A stretch of DNA of 64,000 nucleotides. It comes from Adineta vaga (Eukaryota > Animalia > Rotifera). The position numbers were made by a program, and so were the translations under genes. The notes beneath the pieces are model-generated. The model saw nothing but the letters and a program-made list of their open reading frames with translations. It had not been told where the DNA came from and did no database searches. Every line of letters begins with the position of its first letter. The first letter of the stretch is position 1. The DNA lies in the NCBI GenBank assembly GCA_021613535.1, contig CP075494.1, positions 3,658,001 to 3,722,000 of the forward strand. The letters run 5' to 3'. Positions 49,949 to 62,928 of the stretch are shown in pieces.

Positions 49949-52900
49949 ATGACGACTTCATTGAATATTTTGTATGTAATTAAATTTAAATTATTCGCAA
50001 TAAAACTTTCTTTCTTTCGATACAGTTATTCACGTTTACTTGTTCGTCATCATTGGTTTGTCCTTACTTCTGTTGTATTTTTATGTATTACATTGATAAC
50101 AATAGCTTTTGTATTTACTAAGCTACCTGATTTATCTGATCCACGAATCGTAATAAGATAATTCAGTCGAATCCGAATCTTTCTCAATAATGTCTTTTTT
50201 CAGGGATGGGGAGCACGTGGAAAGGGAACAATTTTTTCTCAATTGATGGTTTTACATCATGCATCAGAAAAATTTCGTCTTGCATATGGATTACCATTAG
50301 ATTCAAATGAATTATTCGGCGCATTCCAACAATTTGATAATGTAATCGTCGATAAGTTTGATGAAAATACATATCGATCTGATATCCTTGAAAAATATGA
50401 TCTATGGAGAACGAAAAAGACGGAAAATGAATTAATTGATTATCATAATCTAAATGAATCATTTTATGATATTGCGACGTACGATGAAGATGATGATGAT
50501 GATGATAATAATGCATTAGATTACAATGAACATTCTGAATCAACATTATTGTATCAATGGAATCGTGATCGACATTTTGATATTGACAATTTAATAACAA
50601 AATATGTTGATGATAAAAAGTAAAAAAAGATTACAAATCTTTGTTTATTAAATTTGTATTTATTTCCTATTTAGGATTAATATTACCGTATTAGATTTTG
50701 TTAAAAACTTACCACAATTTAATAAAACTAATTATAAATCAACTCGATTATCTTTCGATCTTTTTCGACCATATGCCTTTCTACTTGAAGAAAAATATCG
50801 TGGTCAAATAGGTAGAAATACTCTTCTTTTGTCAGTACATCAGTCAAAACTATTTTAGGTCGTGATGGTATGATCGAATTCTATATTGAACATGCCAATA
50901 CAACCGATGATTTATTATCTCTTGATCATCTTCATTCCATATGTCAATGGGAAAAACAATTAAAAGCTATTCTTAATCTTAATGATGTTCCAAGTCTTTC
51001 CCTAGCAACATTTGTTGCATTATATTCATCAAAAAATGATTGTCAACAAATCACTTCACACGATGTTGAACATTTTCGTTCTATACTTCATACATGTTTA
51101 CCGTATTATATCGATGGGTATATGGACTTACCATTAAGTAATGAATTTCTTAATCGTGTTCGAATTGAACATGAATCGGGAAATTTTACCTATCAAGAAC
51201 AAGTCAAAGCTATTTATACTGCTCTACGTCATACATGTTTCTATAAAAATATTACACGTTTTATATTCGATCATTTTCTTGATAGAAAATTTGTAAAGGA
51301 TTTTCAACAATCAAAAACGAATTCTAAAGTATCGAAATCAATGATATTTATAACAAATTATCGAGCAATTAAATACAATCGAACACGTGATCAAACGATG
51401 TGTTTAAAACGACGACCATATGCAATAAAATATTGTCAAAAACGAGGTTGTATGGATGATTCGAAAGAAAAGATGATTTTCAATTTATGTATTAATGAAG
51501 CACCACCATTAGGTAATTGTGAGAAATATTGTCAATGTAAATCTCAATGTTTCAATGAAACGGAAGAAGTTCTTTTATTAACACCAATTTTCAGAGGAGA
51601 AGAATTAATTGAATTATATAGAAAATATTTCCATGGAAAAGAACAATTTTCCACGTATCAAAATCAATTCATCAAAATGATTGCATTGAATTTCGCTTAT
51701 GTAAGAGAAAAATCAGCAATGGTACAAGTTTTTAAAGGTATAAATTGTTGATTAACGTATATAAATGAATGATTTACATGTTCTTTTTTTCAGACACATT
51801 TCTTTCGATGGTCGCCGCAGGATTAATTGTTATGATAACAGTCATTTATTTACGTAGTATTACAATCGCTTCGATGATCATTCTCGGTACGACATTAGCA
51901 TTAGGTGTGAGTTATTTTGTCTATCGTGTTATTTATGGTATACCGATATTTCCAACGTTGAATTTTATGTCAGTATTTATATTAATTGGTATTGGTTGTG
52001 ATGATATATTTGTATTTTTTGATACATGGGATCATGAAAAAGCTGAATGGTTAAGAAAATCTCATGAGAAACAACAAATTGATTGTAAATTTCTTTCAAT
52101 TTCTTTGTTTTGATTATCATTTTCATGATTTTAGTTACAAATATTCCATTGAATGATACAGAGACTCATTATGATTTCAACGAGTCCCAACAACAAGTAC
52201 AAGAGTTCGAATTAAATGATGACGCATTGATTGAAATTATGTCGAAAACATTGAAACATGCTGCATCCTCCATGTTTGTTACATCATTTACAACTTCCGC
52301 TGCTTTTTTTACGAATATATTAACAAATATTTCATTTATTCAAGTTTTCGGTGTTTTTACTGGAACATCGATTTTAATCTATTTTCTTATTACAGTTACT
52401 GCAATTGCTGCTTTTGCTGTTAGTTGAAGTATTCGATAAAAATAGATTTATAATTTCTATTTTCATTTTCTTTTTTCTTCAAGGTTATTTACGAAAAACA
52501 CATTTTAACTATGCCATTTTGTAAATGTTCGACCAATACGATGAATACATCATTAACAAAATTATTTAAACGTTTTCGAAATTATACTTTTAATTATTTA
52601 ATTCCATTGATAATTATCAAATTTCGTTATGTTTTAGTTCTTTTCTTCCTATTTTTGGGTATCTTAGGTTTACTTGGCGTTTTCTATTATCCAAAAATCG
52701 GAATACCTCCAGCACAAAAAACGGCTTTCTATTCCAAAGATAATCCAATGGAAATCTATGAATTTCAAATAAGAAAACAATTTAATGGTTATATTAAAGA
52801 ACATAATCGTTTTTTTGCTTTTCCATCGATTTCATTTGTCTTTGGTATACGTGATATTGATGATGGATATATATTTGATATGAATGATCGTGGTCATCTT

Positions 52901-54722
52901 CATCTAATGCCCATTTATTTACATCGACAAATAACATTGGATTTTTTTCAAAAATTTATTAAAGATTTAGGAAAACGAAATGATTTATTTATTTCCAATT
53001 ATGATTTAGAGAAAGATTTCGATGCATTTTATCAGGTAGATTGGCTTTCTTTCGATCGATTTTCATATTGTAGAAATCTTTTTGTAGCTTAATGAAGAAA
53101 ATACTTTCTTGGAAAAACTAATTCAAGATCATGTAAAATTCAATTTATCAAAAACAAATCATTTAGATATGATCAAATATCTCAGAAATATCAATGCAAG
53201 TTTAATAGAAACGATTGTTTTGAAAACTGTACGAAAAAATAATTCTATATTATATAAAACAAGTATGACACAATTAAATCATCCATTGAATCCAAAACTT
53301 ATCTATTCAAATTATGACAAATTCTTCAATAGTACACTAGAAAAACTTTATAAACAACAGGTACATATACTTAGAAAACAAGATTTGTTCTTTGATAACA
53401 AGTTATTCTAGATCGAACAAAATTATGATGAAAATGATATTCGAAAATCATTGGATGAAACAACGTATGATTCATTGGCAGAAGATTATCAACGGTTAGC
53501 ATTGAAAATGATTATGCGATGTATAACAGGTACAGCTGCTGAAGATAATATTCCCATTGAATTTTGTGAGAATCAAATGAAAAAACAACAATCAAATAGT
53601 TGGGCGATTTTACTTGATAAACCATCACTAGTCGATGGAACTGCTCGACCATTTGCAGTTTTAATTACTATTCGAGGTTAGTTCAAATTACATCTGAGAT
53701 TTCGAAAATTTTCTTTTCTATTTCCTATAGGCAATCTAAATAGTACAGATTATGAATTATATGATGCATATTATCGTCGAATAAAAGATTTCTTTGATCC
53801 ATATATAAAACAAAATGCACCAGCTCATTTAAAACATGGTTGGTTTTCTTCGCCAGCTTTTGCATTTTATGGTATTCAACGTGAAACAGTAGTTGGTACT
53901 TATTCTTCTTTGATTGCATCACTCGGTATAGCTTTACTGGTATTATTTCTGACATCCGGTAATTTATTTATTGCAGTCTATGCGCTGATTACAATGACAT
54001 TTTCTATTAGTAAAATAACTTTTTTTTCTTTTTCTTCATTGAAATATCTGAATTCTCTTTAGATGTGACAATTGGCATATTTGCTGTTTTGAAATGGACA
54101 TTAAGTTTTGTTGAAGCTATTGTTATTATTATGTCTGTAGGTTTATCAGTTGATTTCGTTGTGCATTTTGGTGTTGGTTATATTCATGCAGATACGAATT
54201 ATATTGATCGTGAAAGAAAAAAAGTTAAGAATCAATCTTTATCATCTACAACATCAGAATCGAACGATGATGAAAATCATCCGAGTAGGATTTCTTAAAT
54301 TATAAAAAAAGAGATTTTAGTTTAACAATTTGGTTTTTTAGAAATGAATAGTTTTGGTTTACTATGTGATGAATATCATACTGAACGTGAAATACGTGTA
54401 AGAGAATCGGTATCTCGTGTTGGTTCAGCTGTATTTATGGCTGCTTTTACGACATTTGTTGCTGGACTGTCAATGTTACCGGCATCACTGACTGCTTATC
54501 GACAAATGGGACAATTTTTGATGATATCAAGTAAGTTGACAAACAAATCAAATATCTATTCATTTCGTTAATTTAGTGTTAACATCTTGGATTTTTGCCA
54601 TGTTTTTCTTCTTACCATTATGTGCAATTATTGGTCCAGTAGATAATTGTGGTTCAATTCCATTTTCACGAATTCTTCTATGCTTTAAACGATGTATTCA
54701 TCGAAACCAAAACTCTGGATAA
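49949..54722 (+). CDS. disp: Dispatched-like RND/sterol-sensing-domain protein, multi-exon
   Basis: GWGARG; SSD GIGCDDIF; HAASSMFVTSFTTSAAF; GLSVDFVVHFG; GSAVFMAAFTT; ~13 short introns. Confidence 0.88.
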
Positions 54723-54794
54723 TATAGGCTATTTCGTTAATCAATGTGTGTATATGTTTCGAAGATAAATATGAAAAGAAATTTTGAAAGATTA

Positions 54795-55784
54795 TCAAAG
54801 TTTTATTTGAATAATATATTTTTGCTGTGCATCTTGTTCTACGCTGATGATTTGGAAAGAAATTCCTGCTTGTAAGATAACTTCTTCTTCCTCCGGAAAT
54901 TGAGAAATATCAGTGATATCATAGGCACGTGTTGAACTAACTTGAGAATTGGTAATCTCAACAATAAATAATGTATTTCCGCGAATATCTGCCATGGCTC
55001 TACTTTTACTTGTAGATGTGTAACTAGGCCATGTATGCCAAGTGCCGATTGCTTGTTTATATGTAAGAATAGCTGCGTAAGATAGTTGCACACCACGATA
55101 TACTTTTCCAATAAATTCTTTGCGCGTATGTGTATAATCATGAATAAGAAAACAAAGTGGTGCGAGAGTTTCGAGTTTTGAATAATCTGCATCGCGTAAA
55201 GCAGTGTTAAGTACACGATACAGAAAACTCTCACGCGTATATAATTGAATACAAAGTTTTGATATTTCGCGACGTTGCTTCGTTTTACAAGTACGTAATT
55301 GTTCAACCATCCATTGTGCTTCCGTTTCGCTATTGCTTTGATGCTTTCTAGCTTCTAATAAGATTCCGTCAATACAAGCATCGATCGAGGAAGAGAAGTT
55401 AAATAACGCTTTTTTACCAGCTGGTAGTTTTAACCATTCGGTAAGAAAAGGACACCATGCTAATGCTTTGCCGTATGATGGCGCTGATGTAAGAGGAGGT
55501 GGAGAACAAAATCGTTCTTCGCGAAGACATTCTTGCCGTGTAGATCCTTCACTACGTCGAACAGGACGTTGTTTTGATGAGTCACTTCGTTTAAATTGTA
55601 TAAATTCTTTTAAATCGATTCGATATTTATCAAGAAGCACTTCTACTTTTCCTTGTTGATAAGCTTCTTCAATAATTTGCATTTCAATATCTCGATATTT
55701 AATCCATTCATTGTTGGTATCTTCTGACCATGGATCTCCACCTTTAAAATACCAAAGCGCTCGACTAATACTGCCTGCAGACAT
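54795..55784 (-). CDS. WWE domain + R-S-E ADP-ribosyltransferase
   Basis: WYFK...W.KY...IIEEAY...YRIDL...RPVRR (WWE); LYTRESFLYRVLN, VYRG, YTSTS, FPEEEEV (ART). Confidence 0.9.
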   Translation of the reverse strand: MSAGSISRALWYFKGGDPWSEDTNNEWIKYRDIEMQIIEEAYQQGKVEVLLDKYRIDLKEFIQFKRSDSSKQRPVRRSEGSTRQECLREERFCSPPPLTSAPSYGKALAWCPFLTEWLKLPAGKKALFNFSSSIDACIDGILLEARKHQSNSETEAQWMVEQLRTCKTKQRREISKLCIQLYTRESFLYRVLNTALRDADYSKLETLAPLCFLIHDYTHTRKEFIGKVYRGVQLSYAAILTYKQAIGTWHTWPSYTSTSKSRAMADIRGNTLFIVEITNSQVSSTRAYDITDISQFPEEEEVILQAGISFQIISVEQDAQQKYIIQIKL

Positions 55785-56088
55785 TCAATATTGTAACAAA
55801 TCAAGTCTATTCAATTAAATCAGTTAGCAAAATTACTATTCATGACTCATTGCACTATTTCAATTTGTATTACTTACTTTTTTCTTATGCAAGTAATAGC
55901 TAATAGAACAAAGTTTTGGTTCTTTTCTTCATCGCCTACAATCTATATATTCTCTGGCTTCGTAATAAAATCTTGTGAAGTCTGATTTTATCGTCTTTCT
56001 TCCTTCCTTTCTATGCCACGGTTTTTTCCAAGTTACAACGTTCTATATTTATAACTATATGGCGCAGTTCTATAAAACGTGAAAAAAC

Positions 56089-56364
56089 ATGAATACATGC
56101 AGTTTTACGTACGTAGCACTTCGAAATAATCTACCATGTCGTGCAACAGGTGTAGAAAGAACATGGGAATATTTGAAGAATGAATTCGATCGACAAGGTG
56201 ATGGATTACCAGATGAGGGAGCAAAGTATTTTGAAACGATAGGACCAGGACCTCAATTATTCGCTGTGGTTGATCAATCAGTCTATTACCATGATCAACA
56301 GCGATGGTTCAAGTACAGAAGTGCTTTTAATATTGTCCATGATACTATGAACATTCCTGATTGA
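56089..56364 (+). CDS. Hypothetical 91-aa protein
   Basis: Clean ORF with globular composition, aaaaacATG context, upstream tataaaa, downstream aataaa. Confidence 0.6.
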   Translation: MNTCSFTYVALRNNLPCRATGVERTWEYLKNEFDRQGDGLPDEGAKYFETIGPGPQLFAVVDQSVYYHDQQRWFKYRSAFNIVHDTMNIPD

Positions 56365-57083
56365 ATACTGTTTTTTCCCTATATTGCTATGCATTTATAT
56401 GATCAGAGCAGTTTGACATCCGAATAAATTTTCTCAATGAATGCATATTATTTCTCTTTTTTAGATTTACAGTTTCTTGCAGTGTGTGTGGGTGAGGGGA
56501 AAGCCTGTGATTCCGGTACGGAATTCCGTAATGTGCAACATCGCGCAATAAGAACTATTCTCGAAACCAGACGGCAAGAGAAAGTTCCGATATCTACTGA
56601 ACTTTGCATCATCATAAGAATTCGTAAATAATGACACATTCCCAGAAGTGCGATCGAGAACGATTACAGTAAGAATTTGATTAGTTGTATAATTCTGACT
56701 TCACCTGGAATTTTTTGCATACGATTGTGATTGTTTTAAACCTAAAAATAACCGATATACATCACATTAGACAGTGTTCGTGTATTTTTCAATCAATGTA
56801 TACTTACTGCATGATGCGTAGCGACATAAAATGCTTCTATCAAATAAATAATTAAAGAAAATCGTTTTAGTTCATCTAATATACTTGTTGATATTATCTG
56901 TTGTTATTACTTTATCTTAAACATTGGTTTTTTCCCCTAATATCAATTCTATCAATGACTCATTCTGATACATGATCTGTTATGTCCACATCAGCATACT
57001 CGATTGATAGAAAGAAAGAAAACACACTCTCAAGGTACCTATTATTGACCATTTTCAGATTAAAAATTTCTCTTTTTTATAAA

Positions 57084-58098
57084 ATGACTAACAAACGATT
57101 AATTGTTGTCGTTGGAATACATGGCCGACAAGCCAGTAGCGTTGTTGAGGTTCTACTTCAATATCCAAATGAATGGTTAATTCGTGGTACTACCGGAGAA
57201 GCAATATTAGTACATAATCAGGTATTCTGTCTTTCACAATATGAAGATGACTATTCACGAAAATCTGAATCTGTTCTAGGAATTCGTTCGCCAAGGCGTC
57301 GAGATAGTCAAATGTGATATTAGTAATCAAGAAGAATGTTGCCAAGCTTTTAAAGGTGCATATGGTGTTTTTTCAATCAATAAACATTGGGATGCAATGG
57401 ATCAAGGTGAACTCACACAAGCTCTCAATTTAGTCGAAGCAGCAAAAATAGCCAACGTTCAACATTTCATTACCAGTGGATTGCCAGATACAACAGCATT
57501 TGAAAAGAGTCAATTTGAAGCACCATACAATCCTATGTGAGTTCTATCTCCAAGCATTCAACAATATTTTTATATTTTTTTAAGTAGAAAACAGACACAA
57601 ATAGAAAACTATATTCGACGATTATCTCCAGATGCGACCTTTCCTCATGTAACATTTATTCATATGGGTTTTTATTATCAGAATTTCATCACTTTTTTCG
57701 TTTTTGAAGCGGAAAACTTAGAATTTCGGTATCCACTTCTGTCACCAGCTCGTATTCCACTTTATGATGTGCGTGACACAGGCAAAATCGTATACGAATG
57801 TTTTCGACAACCGGAAAAATGGGGTAATGGTCAAACAGTACCGATTGTTGCAGAACAACTAACTATCGAAGAAATGTGTGCAAGAATTCGAGATATGACT
57901 GAAAAAGATGTTCAATTTATTCCTTTACCATTCGAAGAAGCTCTTCTCAAGCTTCATCGAGAAACCGTCAATAATATGCGATGGTATAATGATATCGGTA
58001 GTACTGATGGACAACAAGCAGAAAAGACCAAAGAGATTTATCCCAATATGAAAACATTTATAGAATGGTTACGAGAAATTCAGTGGCTAATGGAATAA
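57084..58098 (+). CDS. NmrA-like NAD(P)-binding protein, 3 exons
   Basis: LIVVVGIHGRQASSV, QGVEIVKCD, AFKGAYGVF, LVEAAKIANVQHFI, GFYYQNF, DVRDTG, KTFIEWL. Confidence 0.88.
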
Positions 58099-58211
58099 GA
58101 ACGCTATAGTTATGTCGCGTATTTTGACTATAGTCTAAAATGAATTCATTATTGTTTTGTGTATTTTGTCTAATATATATATATATAACATGCCATTAAC
58201 ATTTGAGAATA

Positions 58212-59954
58212 ATGCCTCTCAATGATAATTCATCAACTTATTCAGGTGAGTGATGTCACATATCTCACATTCAAATTTGGCAATCAGAATGAATAAGATG
58301 CGCTGCAAATGTCCGCAGCAAACAACAATCAACAAAAATGTCTCGGCTGTAGCTCCAAGTCCGATTGCAACTGTCTCCCCACTACAGACTAACAACGGTG
58401 TCAATATTGCTCAATCGAATTCGATAAGGAAGAAGGAGAAAATCAAGTGAGTGGACCTCCAATTAATTTCGACTGATGATGTTTCGACTGTTTTAGGCTT
58501 CTTGTCTTACATGTCTCGGATGCGACACATAAAGATTGTAAACACCCTCCAGGAAAAGGCAGGAAACGTTGCCACCGATGCCGGAAAGCCTATGTAGTAG
58601 AACGAGACGCACGTGGTGAGAAGGTTTCACGAGCACCAAGCACTACACGAGTAAGTTTTGCACTCTTCTTTTTCTTCTGTCTAGTCGAATTTCCTTCTGA
58701 TGTCTTTTCTAGGATAATGACGTCTGCTGGACGCTCGGTTGCAAGAACCTTCGAGGAACCAGAAACTACAAAACAGCAAAGGAAGAGTTCGAGGTGTGCT
58801 TCTGCAGGTACTGCAATGTCTGTCGGAGTAAACAGGAGAATACGCCGGAGAGAATTGAACGCAAAAACATCATTACCGCCAAATCATCAAGACCAACCCT
58901 GAAATTATGGAGAAGAAACGACAACAAACACGGGACTTTTACGAGCGAATGATGAAGATCAAACAACAGCAGTAGGAAGAAATCAAAGGAGCTATGCCTA
59001 TACTCAAGTATTTCCCATCCTCAGCATCCAAATTAGTCTTACAAATGTACACCGAGGTCTTGAAAGCTCTTGCCAATTATAACATCAAATTCAAGACGGA
59101 GTTTAATTACCTCGTCCATCATTTCTACAAAAAGAGCCCCGAAAGGGCAGAGACTGGTCTACGAGCAGATCTTCTCGTAGAGATTGATGTGGAGGACCAA
59201 GAGCAACCATCAACAATCGTCGTTGAAGCGCAAAGTAAGTAAGACTACTGGTCTTGAACTCTTCAAACAATAACTTTTGATACATATGTGTTTTTTCTGC
59301 TCACAGGTGATCACCATCGTCCTTTCCTTCAAGATTACGGCGATGAAGATCCTACAGATCGGTCTAAACTTCTCAACATTATCCAAAAGAAGAACAGAAC
59401 GCGTATTCATCAAGATCTGGCGAAGCTGCTGGTGAGTATGAAACAACGTTTTGTGCACATCATCGTATATAATGTATGTTCGACAGAGACAGCGATCGCC
59501 GATGCCCTTGAGGGCAGGGAGAACATGTGTGTTTACTATCCCGGCGAAACTGGTTTTGAAAAGGATGCTGTCATCAAGCAATTCGTCGATTAACTCTTCT
59601 TTTGCGAAGGAAATTGGCGCAGGCCTTCTAATCCATGTGCTCATTTCGAGCTAAATGATTCCTTCTCGATCATGAGCATTGATAAAACGATGATGATGCT
59701 CAATAGTGATTCAGAAGAGGAAGAAGGTGACAACATCAAAGACAATGGTAAGTTGTGGATTTCATGTTTGGATTGGAACACTCCTCATTTGACTTTCAGA
59801 TACCACCAATGAACAACAAGATGGTCGAGCAAGCATTCTTATCTGCCTTGACAATATCGATTCAAAGTTTATCAACTCCAATCCAGTCCACAATCTGAAA
59901 ATCGATTTTACTCAAGGATATGCCAGTTCCGTCAATGCACAACAACAACCATAA
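58212..59954 (+). pseudogene. Decayed multi-exon gene: CxxC zinc-finger repeats + PD-(D/E)xK (DUF559/Vsr-like) nuclease + acidic tail
   Basis: CLGC, CQYC, CLTC, CHRC, CRYCNVC; FKTEF...RADLL...IVVEAQS|DHH...QDLAK; in-frame TAAs and frameshifts; visibly higher GC than flanks. Confidence 0.55.
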
Positions 59955-61499
59955 AAGTCAATCCCATCGTCGGTTTGAGCTTGATAAAAAGCAGATATCT
60001 ACTTCGTGTTCAGTGGTAGAATAACGACTTTATCAAAGTTTGTTTAATCACATTCAACAATACTTTTATTATGAAAAAGATCAGGTTTATATATGAGAAA
60101 CAAGGGGAAAAAAACATGACACGCATAACATAGATAAAACAGATGACATCATGTACGCTGATAACATTTGATCTCATGGATGAACATACGATTGTATAAC
60201 GTCATGTATATATGTATGACCAGGACAAAAGAAGATATTCATATATAGTGACGCCATGTAAAGATGATCACATATGACGTCATTATAATATAACAAACTA
60301 GTCTATTTTTATTTTTCCTATTGAGTTTTTCTTTCTATTCGCTTACTGTTATTCTTTACCCATATTTTTATTATTTTATTCTTATACTTGTTATTAGTTT
60401 AATTCTCACTTATTCATTCCGTTGTTTCATTCTTTACTCTTTATTTTGAAATACATGATGATCAAAAGTTTTCTTCGAATTGATAAACTGCAGCTAAAGC
60501 TTAGCTTGAAAAACACAGAAAAGATAGTAGAATCATGTTTGATCGTAGCTTTGTAAATAGATAAATCGATTTCGTAACAAGATTAGTTATAAAACATTAA
60601 CAAAATATAATTTTGAGGACCAGTGACAATACCCACGCTTCGCAGGTTGATTAAAACGGTCGTAAACATGCTGTATTATATCCGTTTACTATATTTTTTA
60701 TTCCTATTATTCCAGGACGAGACTTTTCTAGTCTCAAATCCTGCTAGATTTCTATAGTTAAACTAGATATTGCCTGCAGCATGGATCATTCACTCATCAG
60801 CTTTTTCCTTTTAACACGCAATATATATGGCATTGATTAGTCTGAATGGATGGTTGAATTCTTGTTTATTATGCTGTTCTTTTTATGAGACAACTCAACA
60901 ATATTATTTTGAAATAATTTAATAATAATTTAATTATTCGTTATTAATATTTATTATAATAAAAAGAAAAAAACAAATGTTAGGATCCGGTTCTAACGAA
61001 GACAAAAAGATTGATATTCGAGTTTCGGTCTTTTCGATCACCTTTATTTCACAAGTAACGCTCATCCTCTGGATTCGCTGACCCTTTTCCGAAAGAATGA
61101 TATGAATGCTCGGTAAAGCCTGGCATGTTAACGCTGATTTGCAAAAAAAGGAGAAACAGGCAGGATTTAATGAAAAAAGTTTTGGAGGATACGCAGTAAA
61201 ATGGGAGGACAAATGGAGGAGTTATTTTTTACTATAAAAAATGGCTTGTATGAAGTTCTCGCGTAGGGATATTCGCTTAAGAAGATGTCTAATAAAAAAT
61301 TTATCTCAATTGCAATGTTTATTCCTATTTTTCATTAATAGATTTTATTTTTTTCGTTCCAATTTTTGTAATGCCTAGGGAGCTTGAATATCAGCAAGAG
61401 CACTATTTTTCAATGAATTTTCGAATCGTTGATTTTCTTCTTCAAGTAATAGTTGAGTTGTTTTTTGCTCTGGTTGAAGTTTTTGTTTTTTCACGGTAT

Positions 61500-62348
61500 T
61501 CAATTTATTGATTTTGAAATTAAAATGAAAAAGGAGGAAACAGAGGGAAAAGAGGAGCATTAGCCAGTCAGAAATTAAATCACCGTCAGTTGAGCCAAAG
61601 AACAATAATAATAACGATAATTCTATAGGTTCGCGATTATTCCTATTGAACGTCGATATTCTTTTAAACATAGACAACAAAGATGTACATTCGAAACAAT
61701 AAAAAATCATCCAAAATTTCTTCAAAATAAATATGAGATATTAGATACAAAGAGGGAGAGAATAAGTCACATTCATTTAATAATCAATTATGGCCACAGA
61801 TAGTTGCATTTATAAAAGGTATTCTAGAAAAGACACTTGAAAATAAAAGAACAGTGATAAAAAACGTAGATAATCTTCAACTTGATCAGATGAGAGAAGA
61901 AGCAACATTAGAAATAAAAGGAATAGCATCATCGAAAGACCAACGACAAATATATGAGTTACAAAATGAATTTAAGAGAACATTAGATCTTAAGTTGCAT
62001 TATGATAGGTTAGAAGAAAGATTTGTATGAAATACACCACCACCATCATTAAATACATTCGATAAATTAGACTTATATGCAAAAGAGCTTAAATCAGGCA
62101 ATGAGCAATTAAAATCTCTTAGAGTGAAATGGAAAAATGTATTGAGAGGAACAAAATTAGATCTAACAACATTAATGAGAGAAGCTAAAATTGTTGAGAT
62201 AGAAGAAGCTAAAAGAGAATATAATGGGTTACGTATTAAAGAAACTTTCACATCATCTTCGACAATCGTATAAAATTATAAGGCAATTAATAGAAACGAG
62301 ACATAGTCAATTCGCTAAGAAAAATTTGAATTTTTTAGCAAAAAAGGC
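61500..62348 (+). mobile_element. Remnant coiled-coil ORF resembling ORF1 of Athena/Penelope-like retroelements
   Basis: KRTLDLKLHYDRLEERFV*NTPPPSLN...WKNVLRGTKLDLTTLMREAK...KKNLNFLAKK, ending in an in-register T TTT TTA heptamer; stops and frameshifts; no RT seen. Family assignment from recall. Confidence 0.5.
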
Positions 62349-62787
62349 GTACACAATAAATATATTCTTTGTGATCAAGGTGGAATTTATACACTTGGTA
62401 TTCAACCAGGTACCATGATAACGAATAATGTAATCAAAAATGTGTTTAGCTATGCTGCTTATATGTGGGGAATTTATTTAGATGAAGGTTCATCGCATAT
62501 TATTGTTTCAAATAATGTTGTGTATAATATTGGTTGGGCTGGTTTATTTCAACATTATGGTGCAAATAATACAATCATCAACAATGTATTTGCACGTACA
62601 TCATTAATTTCACCGCCACAACCTGATGATCCAATTCCTGATGGTGATCTTCGTATAATGTCAACTGAAAATCATCTTTCATGGACATTTACACGTAATA
62701 TTGTTTATGATACATATCAAGGCACTAATCATTCAATGTTTAAATCTGATTATCCAAATGTATCTGTATCTTTTAATAATAATACAA
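62349..62787 (+). pseudogene. Internal fragment of a right-handed beta-helix (pectin-lyase fold, GH141-like) gene
   Basis: DQGGIYTLGIQPGT.I.NN...WGIYLDEGSSHIIVSNNVVY...HYGANNTIINNVF; both ends truncated. Confidence 0.8.
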
Positions 62788-62928
62788 ATCTGGGTTAACG
62801 GATTACGAGGTTAAACGGCGAAAAACGGCATTCGTTTATGCCCGTTTCCGGCACGAATTTAGCCGTTTTTTAGTCGTTTGATGCCTTATACGACGCCGGA
62901 AATGGCGCTCGGAATCACTGATCCGGGT
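62788..62928. mobile_element. Putative MITE-like GC-rich insertion
   Basis: Abrupt GC rise cutting the beta-helix fragment. Degenerate termini atctgggttaa / ctgatccgggt differ only by transitions; internal aaacggc/gccgttt repeats. Confidence 0.45.

Noticed and set aside
56500-56710. Possible MITE ending attctgacttcacctgg
   Set aside because: No matching left terminus or second copy visible in the window.
18503-59593. Recurrent in-frame TAA codons suggesting TAA reassignment (ciliate-like code) or readthrough
   Set aside because: TAA terminates many intact genes here, and several affected loci also have frameshifts; AT-biased nonsense mutation explains it.
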